The notes beneath the pieces are model-generated. The model saw nothing but the letters and a program-made list of their open reading frames with translations. It was not told the DNA's origin and made no database searches. 64,000 bases of DNA from Phallusia mammillata (lineage: Eukaryota), in NCBI GenBank assembly GCA_965637545.1, contig OZ281500.1:8122001-8186000 (forward strand), in the 5' to 3' direction. Of the stretch, positions 52,701 through 64,000 are shown piece by piece. The translations under genes and the position numbers were made by a program. The first letter of the stretch is position 1; each line of letters starts with the position of its first letter.

Positions 52701-55700
52701 CCCCACACTACCAGCTGAGTTCGGATTTCGATTTGACCAATTTCATGCATTTTGGAACGATTACCCTCTCGGTGATGGTGCATCATACGTTGGATGTCCT
52801 CAAGAAGCTTGCGGCAAGTAAACGTTACCAACACGGCGATTTTTGCAAAATAGCAATTAAAAACTACCATATATATTTAAAGCAGAACTTTACCACTAAA
52901 CCATTATTTCTAAACGCAGATGGATATAGGACGCTATTTTACGCAATGCACGACGACAAGTTTTTTAAATCTGTCAGGCCTTATCAAAATCTAACATACG
53001 CTTCAGACGTTGTGTTATCAGTAAACGCTGTCGGAAAAAATACCACCAATATAACTTTGAAGTCGCCAATGAAAACGGAGTTTTCTCTGCAAAAGGTTTG
53101 TAAGAACTGTTTACTTCTGAACATACATTAATCCTCCAATGTAAACAGCCAAAATGCGTCTTACCAACTGGTGAATGGTCGAACTGACATTCCCCTTCTA
53201 CGAATATTACATGTGCAGCAAACAAGGCAGGCAACAGTGCTTATGGTACTACAGGCAGCAGACACAAAATATGTCTCTAATCCCCTTATTAAAAAATGCT
53301 AGAGTACAATACGTGATTCAGCTTTCGAAATTGCCTTCAATTTTATCAAACAGATATTTTTTTTCCATAATATTTTCAATTTGTGTATTTAGAAAAGCTG
53401 GTCTTAACAGAATATCCACACATTTTATTGACATGTACAGACCGATGCGATGGTTCGATTGAACGAAACTACATGTGGTTTTTGGGATTTATATGGGTGC
53501 TGGTCGACTGAAAAGGCCAGTGTTGTAGACATTACCAATCAATCTGTCACATGCGAGTTTTCTCAGTATGTCAGCACTTTCGCCGCATTTTCCGTAAGTA
53601 TTTTCCGGTTACATTGCAAAGTAGCAAATCGTTCAAAGTTAACAACCCCAAGTTTCTAGTACAACAGAGATCTTGCTGTTGCCACAGAAACAACGCACAT
53701 CAAAAGCTCACCCACCAAATTGTGCGACTGGACAATCACAAGTGAGTGTGCAAAATTTTCTTTGTGAACCTTCGTTTAAAAACAACTGGTTCTCTGAAAA
53801 CATTTGACAAAAGTTGATGTTTGTACTTCCCATCTTTCACAATCGATAAAATTCCATTCACTGTCAACTTAACGTCACAAAACATGAATTTAAACAAATC
53901 AGCTTCTTGCTATAATGCACAAATTTAAACAAAATACTATTGCTATAATGCACAAAAGCAGTGGTTAATAATTATTAGTTATAATTATAATCCGCAATAG
54001 CATCGTGTTTTTTAAATAGATAATTTTTAGGTACTTATTTTGTTCAACAACCCTTGCACAGTCTTGCACATCATAAGACACGTTAATTTTGTATTTTTGG
54101 ACTGATGTTAATAGTTCATCGTACTGTTTTACAGCTCGATGCGATGAAGTTTATGTTGTGTATCCATTTGATCAAAACATAAATGTTTGGTTTCCTTCGA
54201 CCGCCGCAGGATACTCAAATTCATCTTCAACTGTTTGTTCAACAAACACATTAAACTGTACGTGATCATTTTATTGAGTGACAATAACACCACTTTTGCT
54301 CACCACGTTAGTTCATCAGCAATGAACAAATTATGAAATGAACTATTTTAGATGGCAAACCATACGGTGTACGAGACTGCAGCATTAAAGCGGTTTGGGA
54401 AAAGCCAACATGGTTGTCGTCTTGTAATGTGCAGTTGAAGGTAACATTTGCTCTTTTTTGGTCTGTGTTAAAGCACACTTTTCAAAACCATTGCTATTTG
54501 TAAAAAAGGACTATGTAAACGCGACAATCGAAACAGAGGAAGGTCGGCAGCAGGTTGCAAACGATCTGGAAGTAATAACATCAGACCCGGGACAACTGCA
54601 AGCGGAAAGTCTTACGATCATCGTCGATGTTCTTGACCAAGTTGTCGATGCACCCACTTTAAGCAAAAATGTTCGGGTTTTACGAATAGTCGTGTATAGC
54701 TTATGTAGCTTACTGCAATAAATTTTTGTGAACTTAAAACCAATTACGTCTTTCCACTTAAAACTTAATTTCATGTTATGTCAGACGTCAAGTTCAGTTG
54801 TTGGCACAATTGGAAATATCTTGGAAGCACCTGAAGAAGAAATCAAGGCAAGCCACATTTCATGGAGGTAAGTTGAACAGTGATTTAACTATTGGTTAAG
54901 TTCTCTCATTTCTGTTCTTAACGGAAGAATAAATATATTTAACCGCAAACACTATGTAGAATGCTTGAAACTTTGGACACCGTGGCTGAAAAAGTAGAAT
55001 TAATAGAAGGAGAGAAGTTTGAAGAAGTGACAAGCTCTATGGCATTTGCTGTTGCTCAACCCTTTCTACAAGGTAATCTGCAATTGGCACCTCAATCGAT
55101 GTGATTATCAAAATCCTGATATCTGCAGATGCTCAATGTGGAATTGGTTACGAAGTTCTATCTATGACAAATGTTCAAGAACCTGGTTTTCGATCCGACC
55201 AATTGGACATTTTTTATGGTCAGTCGAGTGACAGAGCGACCTCATACATCAAAATTCCCTACCAAGCAAGTTTCCAGAGCTTAGGTAAACGCGCTTGTGA
55301 AATATTTGACTAATGTTAATTAAAAGCGGAAATTACATTGGTCAATATCATTTCCAAAGTGTTTTTAAGACAAAACCTTATAACGATCGTTTTTACTTGT
55401 ACAGGTACATATCGAACGAGCTTCTACGCAATGTCCGACGACAAACTTTTTTCCACTGCTGAAACCAATCAACGTCGGGGTGCAAATTTACAATACACTT
55501 CAAATGTCGTGTTATCAGCAACTGTTGTTGGAAGTAACGGCAAAGTTGGACATCTACAACAGCCTGTTGAAATACAATTTTCCTTAAAGGTGAGAACTTT
55601 CTTGGATCTGCTAATTGTCATCTGTTGCTGATCTGTAATGGTTTTTAACCCTTTTTAGACAAAAAATGCTCATATGTATGCAGACAAAAGCACGTATTGC

Positions 55701-57374
55701 GGTTTTTGGAATTTTGATGCTTGGTTAACAGACGGACTGTCGATTGCGAGAGTCGACAACCAAGCAATCACTTGTTACTCTAACCATCTTACCAATTTTG
55801 CTGCTTTGTTTGTGAGTTCAGTTGTTAAAGTCTTTAAAATGATAAACCATGTGAAAAACTTTTTTTTGAAAAAACTTAGAACAGTAACTACGTGGACTCG
55901 ACAGCGATTGACCTTATCACATTGGTTGGGTGTAGCATTTCCAGCGTATGTCTGATGATAACTGTTTTGGAGTTCATAATTTACAAGTACGCAAGAATAT
56001 GTGAACATTTCTATTTTGAAGTATTACCCAATATTCATTTTCCCTTTCAGACCCAGTCGAAAAGAAAAGAAATTTCGAAGTGCTTTTCTTCTTACTAATC
56101 TTTCCTTGTCACTTTTGTTTTTTAACGTCGACTTGATTCTCAGTGGACAGGATTTTGTGCAAAAATCAGTAAACGGCTGTCTATCGATTGCGGTCCTTAC
56201 ACACTTTTTTATGTTATCTTCGATGGGTTGGATGTTAGTGGAAGGCACTACTTTTTTTCTAGCTCTTGCATTCGTAAATATGCTTTGTTGTCGATACGAT
56301 ATAAATGCATTGTAGCTTTTCACAAACGATTATGTATTTTTTAGCCTTTTTGGTACAAAAGTTTACCGACATCTAAAACAATTTTGATCCCTGCTTGTAT
56401 TGTCGGGTGGCTGCTTCCAGCAGTTTTTGTTTCCTGCATTTTAGCTGTCAACAAAAGTCTATACATTCGCATAGACTATACGTAAGTATTGTAGATGATA
56501 AAGCACTATTACTATTTATAAAGTGGTAATTGTCCGATTTTTAGATGCTGGATACACGATGAATACTTGCTGTTCTTTGTCGCGATTCCTGTTTGCATTT
56601 TAATTGGCATAAACTTGATTCTTTACGTGATGATAGTTTATCATGTGATGTGCAAGCGAAACATAAAGGTATTAATACGCTTTGGGAATTTTGACTGATA
56701 AATAACTGAATATGTTGTCCGCTTTAGGGTTCAAATAACGGTAATCGATCCACACGAAACGCAATGATTTCACTCACGCTTTTCGTGACACTTGGTGGAA
56801 CTTGGCTATTTGCAATAGCACTTGTAGCATCAGACGAGGAACTGGTGGTGCTGGAAGTTTTCGCTTTCATATTTACAATATTAAACTCCCTACAAGGTTA
56901 GTATTTAATAGGTTATTAAATTATGTCAAAAGTATCTAATCATTCATGTAGACTCGCTTATAACAGCTACGCAGGTATGTTCACCTACTGATTACAATTT
57001 GTTGTTTGTGCACGTACCACGGTTTAAAAAAGTTTGCGTATTTTTTGTTTAATGATCTTTTACATTTATATAAAGGTTTGATATGATACAATCTTTAGGT
57101 GTTTGTCTTTTTGTTTTGTACGTGATGCGTCAAAACTATCTGGCAGAAATCGCACAACTGGTAAAAGCTCGAAGAGTCCTGTCGGTGTCGGGTCGGTATG
57201 TAGACTACTATTCGGCTTTCTTTTTTCATCGCAATATAAAATGTTTTTTTTTTACACTCTGTCCTATTACTTAGAAAACATGAAGATCTTCCATTGAAAG
57301 AAAGCAAAAACACTAAAATTGCGTTTTCGACATGTTCCTCGAGCAGCGGTTTTGAAACATCCATGACTAATTAA
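49740..57374 (+). CDS. Adhesion GPCR: C-type-lectin-like remnant, EGF-like domain, HRM-GAIN, linker, HRM-GAIN(GPS), 7TM; N-terminal start uncertain
   Basis: In-phase exons. EGF-like (CSKLCLGCHSCSNYTGSCMCSCYNGF). Module 1: 50412-50534, 51239-51327, 51383-51544, 52321-52403 … GPS 53441-53593. Linker 53660-53741. Module 2: 54135-54257, 54352-54440, 54509-54670, 54785-54867 … GPS 55659-55811 (CGFW…TCYSNHLTNFAALF). Family-2 7TM exons follow (ITLVGCSIS, HFFMLSSMGWMLVEG, GWLLPA, CWI, LGGTWLF, NSLQG), with stop at 57374. Confidence 0.85.
50677..51025. mobile_element. 349-bp copy of the CAGAGTTGCAAG MITE, inverted relative to 45632-46139, in an intron of the adhesion GPCR
   Basis: Same TIRs; perfect TSD GTATATAT; internal sequence aligns with copy 1; about 6-7 CGGGTTCGGGC units at 50921-50996. 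Confidence 0.93.
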
Positions 57375-57914
57375 CTGATTATCTGACAAATGTCAAGTCT
57401 TGCTAATTATTGTTTTTGCTGATAAATTTTCACTTTATAGCACGCTGTTGTCCAGCTTTATTCTATTCATTGTACATACGCTTGCTGTGCACCAACGGTT
57501 AACTTTCTATTTCAAGCATAAACTACTGCACTTTGACGCAGGTAATTGTGGTCATTACTAATCAATTTTGCTGCGCGGTTTTATTTAGTTGTTTTAACTC
57601 CACATTCACTGTCGCACTAGCGCAGTTCCGTTATATGCCTATTTAAGATTAGAAATGCCTCTACATTTTCACGACGAAACACACAAACATAGTTAAACTA
57701 ACCATAAAACGATGATATTTCGTTTCTTATGCAAAATATTAATAATATCTATACGCGATTACTCTAAAATGTTTTTGAGCAAAAAATACATTTTTTGTAA
57801 GTTGTCAAGTTCGTGTTTTGCGTTTAGGTTGTAGCAAAATTAGCATATTTGCGTTTACGTTTACGTTTGCACCAACTTTCCCTCCCCAGCCAGTCGTGTT
57901 TATCAACATTGCTC

Positions 57915-57985
57915 CAACCTCACTTTCTTGTGAGCCCCAGTCACGTAACGCTTTATGATAGGGTGTAGCTGCAGCGAGTTTTGGT
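57915..57985. repeat. Dispersed repeat shared in opposite orientation with about 62487-62545
   Basis: Reverse complement TGCAGCTACACC…TAAAGCGTTA.GTGA..GGGGCTCACAAGAAAGTGAG matches 62487-62540. Confidence 0.6.
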
Positions 57986-59226
57986 GTCATCAACCCATTG
58001 TGCAATTTACTATTTTGCGCTTTGGTGATCGTTTTTAGTGCCATTGTGTCGCTACTCGTTCTTTCACCAAACGAAATAAACTCAACTCAACTACTAAGTG
58101 TGAGCATTTAAACACACCATTAACGACACTAGATTTGTAAGTCCGGGAAGGATCGGGCTTAGGTTTGAAGAAACGGGCTTGATCTTATTCCAAGCTCACA
58201 AAAACTGAACGGCACAGTTCTTTTGAAATGTTGTGCAATATCAAGCATACACTCCCTGTAGCACTGATAAAACTAGCAATCGCATGCGGCAATTAACTTT
58301 ACATGCTGCAGAATGGGAAAATTTACAAAAGCTAAAATCAGGTTTGTCGGAATGTTTATTATCGGAAAGTGACATTAGCGAAGTTTAATAAGTAACACAT
58401 AAATAAAAAGCTACTAAGCAGTAAAAGAATTGCTGTTTAGGCATTTACAATGGACTTAAGTACCCCTGTCATAAATTCCCTAGGGATCGAGGTGCAGTTC
58501 TCATGCGACCTGCAGTGCGCAAATGTTTACCAAACAGCACATGCCACAAAAGTACATAATGCTACGAGCAACATCACGTTCGATAGAATTTTTATTATTG
58601 GCGCATGACGCACCGCGAGTTGAATATTAACACAATGTGAACAGAAAAACATCCTAATAGCACAGGAGTTGCAGCTCCAACATTTACATGTAGGCTTTGA
58701 AAACCCCGTTGTAAATTATGTTTATTTGTCTTGTGGTCTGGCGCACGTTTGGAAAAATGTCACAACCATTCCATGATCAATTTTAACGATGGGGCTCGGT
58801 TAAACACAATGACGAGACATAAACAGGACATTGATAAGTGCTTAGCATGCTGATACTTCATGTAAAGCGGTTTCAAAGAACAAATACTTCCATAACTAAA
58901 ACTAAATTACCATCGAGTTCGCTAAAAATTGTATTCTTTTTTATTATTCAGACGTTTCGACAAAATTCTTGCCTTAATCAGCGAAATAAGTGTCGTGCAG
59001 AAACACAGTGCGTTTAAATTTTCTTGTTGAAACTTTCAAAAAATAAAAAGAATATGTTTTATGCAATTCAATGTCAAGTTAAGCTACTTCACTGTGTCAC
59101 GTACCTAAATACGTCCATCATAACATAAAACGCTAATCAAATTTTAAGTAATACTGGTTCTAATACTTTTTTTACCTTACATTGCAAACTACAGAAGGAA
59201 CGAAAACTTGACAACGCTTTTGTCAT

Positions 59227-62200
59227 TTATCGATTAGCTGCACGATCTCTATCTTTCAAAGATGGTCGAGGAATCTGGACAGCAAGAGACATCCAGTCCG
59301 ACACTTCAGTAGAAGGAATGGTGTAATTGGCACCTGACCTCGTGGCACCCATGTCACTCCTTGTTGACTGCTGTGGCTGCTTTTTGTTTGGGCCAACTTT
59401 GTGTCGCACGACAAACAGCAGGAACAGGAATAAACCTGAGGCACAAACGGGAAAGAGGCCATTAGGAAATATCACAATGCGTTTTGTTGGATGAGATAGA
59501 ACTGACTGTTCACATACAACACCATCCCGAACTCTAAGGATGACAATGCAATTGTTAACATACTATTCTTTTAAATATTAACCAGTAACAACACACTAAA
59601 TTATTTCTTCAAAGTACAGATTGGTTGTGCCAAGTGTTGGTAATAACGCGATATTTTCCAAGTTTGTTGTCTATAGTGAACAACTTAGTATTTAAGGGTT
59701 TACCTTGAAGGGAATTTAGTATTGCAAAAATGTATGCAAACACAGTGGCTAAGGTGTCCGATGTTCCAGAAAGCAAAACGATGGCAAAGATCCAGGTTCC
59801 ACCCATGGCCACAAACAAAGCAAGTGACAACAATAAGTCAGCCAGTCCGCGGTCCTGCCCTCTCGCAGCAGCCTGCAATGGCATTGTTCGGGTTGGACAT
59901 GTGTTAAACCAAAGCACGGATTATTTAGACACATGCCATAAACACGGAGTTTGTTTAATTAAGTCTGTTTTATAAGCCAGTATGTCATTGTTACATGTGA
60001 AAGTGTTTACGGTTCAGGCAAAATGTTGTTCATAACCTACCGGTCTGTGTCTCCTGCGCTGACGAAAGTAGAGGAACATGACGGCAATGTAAAGTGCCAG
60101 ATTTAGACCAATAATGATAGAGAATGGAATCACGACAAAGTAGATGATTCCACTTTCGGTAATCCAGCAACTAAATACATAAAATTCAAAACAACCGTTC
60201 ATAATTTGTCTGTTTCATTTCATAAGTTTTCTATAATATACTAATCCAAAAAGTAAACATTTTTTCAACCAATTTTCAGAACGTAACAAGGGGGTATGAA
60301 TTTGAATACAGCAAAACCAACCTCTGATATAAATGAAGTGATGCGTTAATTTACAAATATTTTATAAGACTTACATATCTCCATTGCGATAGGTTTCAGC
60401 ATCAACGCCAACCACTACAGAAACAAAAATCGCCGGCAGCAACCAAGCGCAGACAGTTGAGATTGCAAACAGATTTCTGTTCTTCATGCCACGGTTCATG
60501 TAAAAAGGCTAAAAACAAATGTTGTCAAAACTGTGTGGAACTTGGAAAAAACATTGCAACACAGCACCAAGCTAAGTTTATTTTCTTTTGTTATGGAGGC
60601 CAATTTAAAAGTGCAAACACAATTTCTAAATAATAATAGCATTAAAGTACATGGTTAACCATTAATAATGTTTGTAGAGGTAAGAGGTAGGTGGTTTCGC
60701 AGCACAGCGTCAGGGTGTTTAGCATTCGGTAAAAAAACAGTAAACATGCTCTTAGCACGAGCCTAAATATCACTTACGAAAGCGATTGTAATGAAAAACA
60801 TCACTCCTTCTACCAGCATCCAGGCCAGTGAGCTGAACATGAAGAAATGGATAAAAACTGCGATTGAAAGGCATGCGTCAGGGGACAAGTACACAAAATC
60901 CATCTCACTGAGCAGCATTGAAACGTTCAAAAGAAGAAGGGAGACGGCTAGATTTACCATTAGAAACGAGGTCCGACCTTTTCCTTGGGTGCGAGTTTTT
61001 CTGTGAAATTCAATTTGAATGTATCTCAATTTTGTTCTGAACCAATACTCTTACACTTTGTTAATTTTAAAACGCCTCATAGACTGGATAATTCTCTACA
61101 TAACAAGCAAGTTTAGTCAGTTAAAACGGAAGCACTTACTTGTCAAATGTGAACCAAAGTATAGTTGCGAGCAAAGCAAAAAGCGAGATCGAACAACCGA
61201 TAATCGTTATTAGATCCAATGCTCTTGAGTCATTGAAATTGGGATTCTGAAAGTGGTAACCAAGTTATAAAAATACATCAAACTATGATTGTTTGTGAGA
61301 CACTTACAAATAATGCTGCAAAGTTTGTCAAATGGGAAAATTCGCAAGTTATTGTGTTGTTCATCACTTCAGTCACACTGGCACCTTCTGTTGACCAATC
61401 GAGACCGTCCCAGAAGCCACAGCTGGTATTCAATTCACTGTAGGTTTGAGTCCCCTGTGATTTGATAAACGTTATGTGCCCGATACAGAATAATATACTT
61501 TGTGTTACCTGTGCTTGGAGAGCAAATTTCATTTCAACAGGTGGATTTAGGTCCTTGGTTGAGGTTGCGTTCGGCAACGAAGCCGAAAGAACTACTGACG
61601 AATTGTAAGTCCAGCCATTGCTTCCAGCACTTGGAAACAAGGCGTCATCAATAAGAGCGTAAAAACTGACGCGCTGGTTGTCTGTTTGTAACGTACAATA
61701 TGTCAAATGTTTGTGCATAAATTTAAAACTATCTTTGATTATTAAATTGGCGGTTATCCTACAATTGTGTGACGTCTAAACTCAAAATGTTTTGTTCACT
61801 TTTCAAATGGATGACAACATATATTACTTTTATACTTATCCCTAAATCGTTACTAATATAAATGGGATTTTTAGCCTGATTTAACACACAAGTAAAATCA
61901 TGTGTTTTGTTGTTTGCAAACCTCCACTTAACAAAGCTTGGGGTATGTTGATGTATGCAGAAAAATTTTCTGTAGATCCGTCATCAAATGTCGTTAGCTG
62001 ATCGGAACGAAACCCCAATTCTTGTAGGGTGCTTAAATCCAAAACACCGTAACCGACACCGACTGAACTCCGTAAACCTAAAAAACGCACGTTCAATTGA
62101 AAAAATACAAGTTTATTTTTAGTAGTCTTGCCTGCTGTGGTAGGTTCGACAACTGCCATGGCAAGGGTGCTCGTCACTTCTTGATACTGTCCAGTTTCGT

Positions 62201-64000
62201 CGAGTTCAACCTTTTCTCCAACCGTATCCAATGTGGTTAGAAGTCTGGTAAAGCATAAACAAATATAAAGCAGGGTTTTGTAAACAATTAAGCTTGTGCA
62301 TATTGCATGGGTATCATTGTTTATTGTTGAGTTGAGTTGCGTTTATTTAGCTTGGTTAATTAAAACATAGTTACACAACTGCACTCAAACAATCACCAAG
62401 CTGGCAATGCCAACGTCGAAACGTAATGGAGCGCAAAAACAGTGAAGGGCCAAATTGGTGGATCATAACTATAACCGCCATGCAGCTACACCATAATTTA
62501 AAGCGTTATGTGATGGGGGCTCACAAGAAAGTGAGTTTGACACACTGTGATTAAATCACGAAAACATTTACTTCAAATACACTTGTTAACAATCACTCAT
62601 CAACCACAACTATTTATGACAGGAAATTTAGAAAACCCCACTAACTTTTATTAAACACTATGAATATTCACCTTAAAAAGGCTAACAATCGCATTTTAGA
62701 TATCCATTACTTACTGTTCAGTTTGGTCGGAATCTTGTAATGATTCAGTTGGGGCAGAGAGTAAATTTCCCACCGTGTTAATGACAGACGACGATGTCTG
62801 CGAATATTTGTCTTTTAAATGCAAACAAATTACGTACATGACACTATTTGAAAATGCTCGTTAACTGCGTTGCAGCTAAAGTGAGGAAAATACACACTAA
62901 TCCCGAGCGCTTGTTTGTACAGAAATTAACTTTCTATGTAAGAAAATATAACATAAGCTAATCAATACATAAGCTATTGCTGCCAGGCATAATATCAAGT
63001 TTATAGAGCTCTTCTGGCAAATGTTATTTAATTTACATAAGTTACATTTGCCAGAAGAGCTCTATAAACTTGATAAGCTAATCAAAACTGGCAGTGTTTC
63101 TCGCCCGAGTAAAGCTATTAATTGAGTTCTTTTTTGGTGACAATCGTGTCCCCAGTATTGGTTACGCCTACAAATTCCCCATGTCATCCAAATAGCAATG
63201 ATTAAATTGTTCCAACAAAATTGGTGAGAAATTGCTGTTTGTATGGATACAAGGTGAAATCACTTATCCAGAAAGCTACCCGTGAACAAATACAAACACG
63301 ACTGAGTAATCTAACTTATGTTAAAATATATGTATTTGGGTCTAGACATTGGAAGCTTTAAATAGATTTTGTAGGACTAAAAAGAGTGTCACCGGCCTAG
63401 TAGCCATATGCATGCGACTTTTTGTAAGCCTATTGTGTGCAAAAATGCTAAAAAAAACACCATACGCGTCATAATATAGATCAGGGGTTCTTAACCAGGG
63501 GTGCACGCACCCCCAAGGGGTACGAGAACTGTTCCTTGGGGGGTGCGGGGAGACTAAATCATTAAGGTTGGTTAGGTCTGTTATATATAAATACAAATAC
63601 CCAGCGGGGTGCGAAAACTGGTTGGTAATTGTAAAGGGGTGCGAAAATTGGTTGGTGATTGGAAAGGGGTGCAGCAAGGAAAAAGGTTAAGAAGCACTGA
63701 TATAGATGGTGACTTCATAAATCATAAAGACTGATCGCTAGACTGCTTAACTCAATCTGTGCATCAATTAGAAATTAACCTGGGCTTTAGGTGCCATAAA
63801 TAGTACATATTTTAGATAAACCTATTTTTACAATCCATAGTGTGTTGACAATGTTTTGGAAGATAAAATAAAATATGTTAATGCTTGGGTTTTATGGTTT
63901 TACATACGTTTGCTGGAAGTGGATCAGGTGTATTTACAACGTTATCCAGCGCATTGACAATGTCGGTGACGTTTTCAGGTTGCAGATTTTCTGGTTCAGA
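59227..64000 (-). CDS. Second adhesion GPCR (GAIN-GPS-7TM), paralog of the + strand gene, convergent; 5' part lies beyond the window
   Basis: Exons include 64000-63908, 62797-62715 (83 nt, as in both modules of the neighbour) and GPS exon 61454-61308 (CGFWDGLDWSTEGASV…TCEFSHLTNFAALF). 7TM exons read ITIIGCSIS, HFFMFSSLAWMLVEG, AWLLPA, CWIT, MGGTWIF, NSLQG; stop at 59227. Confidence 0.9.
62993..63075. repeat. Perfect inverted repeat, 32-bp arms with 19-nt spacer, intronic
   Basis: TATCAAGTTTATAGAGCTCTTCTGGCAAATGT … ACATTTGCCAGAAGAGCTCTATAAACTTGATA. Confidence 0.95.
63482..63699. mobile_element. 218-bp hAT (Charlie/Buster-like) MITE in an intron of the minus-strand adhesion GPCR
   Basis: Imperfect TIRs CAGGGGTTCTTAACC / GGTTAAGAAGCACTG; perfect TSD ATATAGAT; repeated AGGGGTGCG subterminal motifs. 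Confidence 0.9.

Noticed and set aside
52595-53131. 178-aa ORF in the ORF track
   Set aside because: It runs across exons and introns; only its 3' part is the true GAIN frame. The real frame is recovered with the GC-AG intron.

Overview
AT-rich eukaryotic genomic DNA with compact, multi-exon genes and short GT-AG introns. The organism is probably an invertebrate chordate such as an ascidian (inference only). All gene models were spliced by hand, and every junction cited was checked for reading-phase consistency. Left to right: first coding exon of CNOT7/CAF1 (-), POLR2D/RPB4 (+), a cluster of five intact class-A 7TM receptor paralogs resembling S1P/LPA/cannabinoid receptors (one on +, four in tandem on -) that lack most canonical activation motifs, a 4-exon orphan gene, a tRNA-derived element, a CNBD2-like cyclic-nucleotide-binding gene (-), and two convergent adhesion GPCRs. 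The most striking result is the + strand adhesion GPCR (about 49.7-57.4 kb). It appears to carry two complete tandem HRM-GAIN modules joined in frame by a linker exon; the distal GPS lacks the HL/T autoproteolysis motif and the membrane-proximal GPS retains it. The window also holds many non-autonomous hAT-type MITEs with 8-bp target site duplications (one nested, with its empty site visible elsewhere in the window), GC-AG introns, stop-free 3n introns and a perfect 32-bp hairpin. No transposase ORF, rRNA or CRISPR array was seen.
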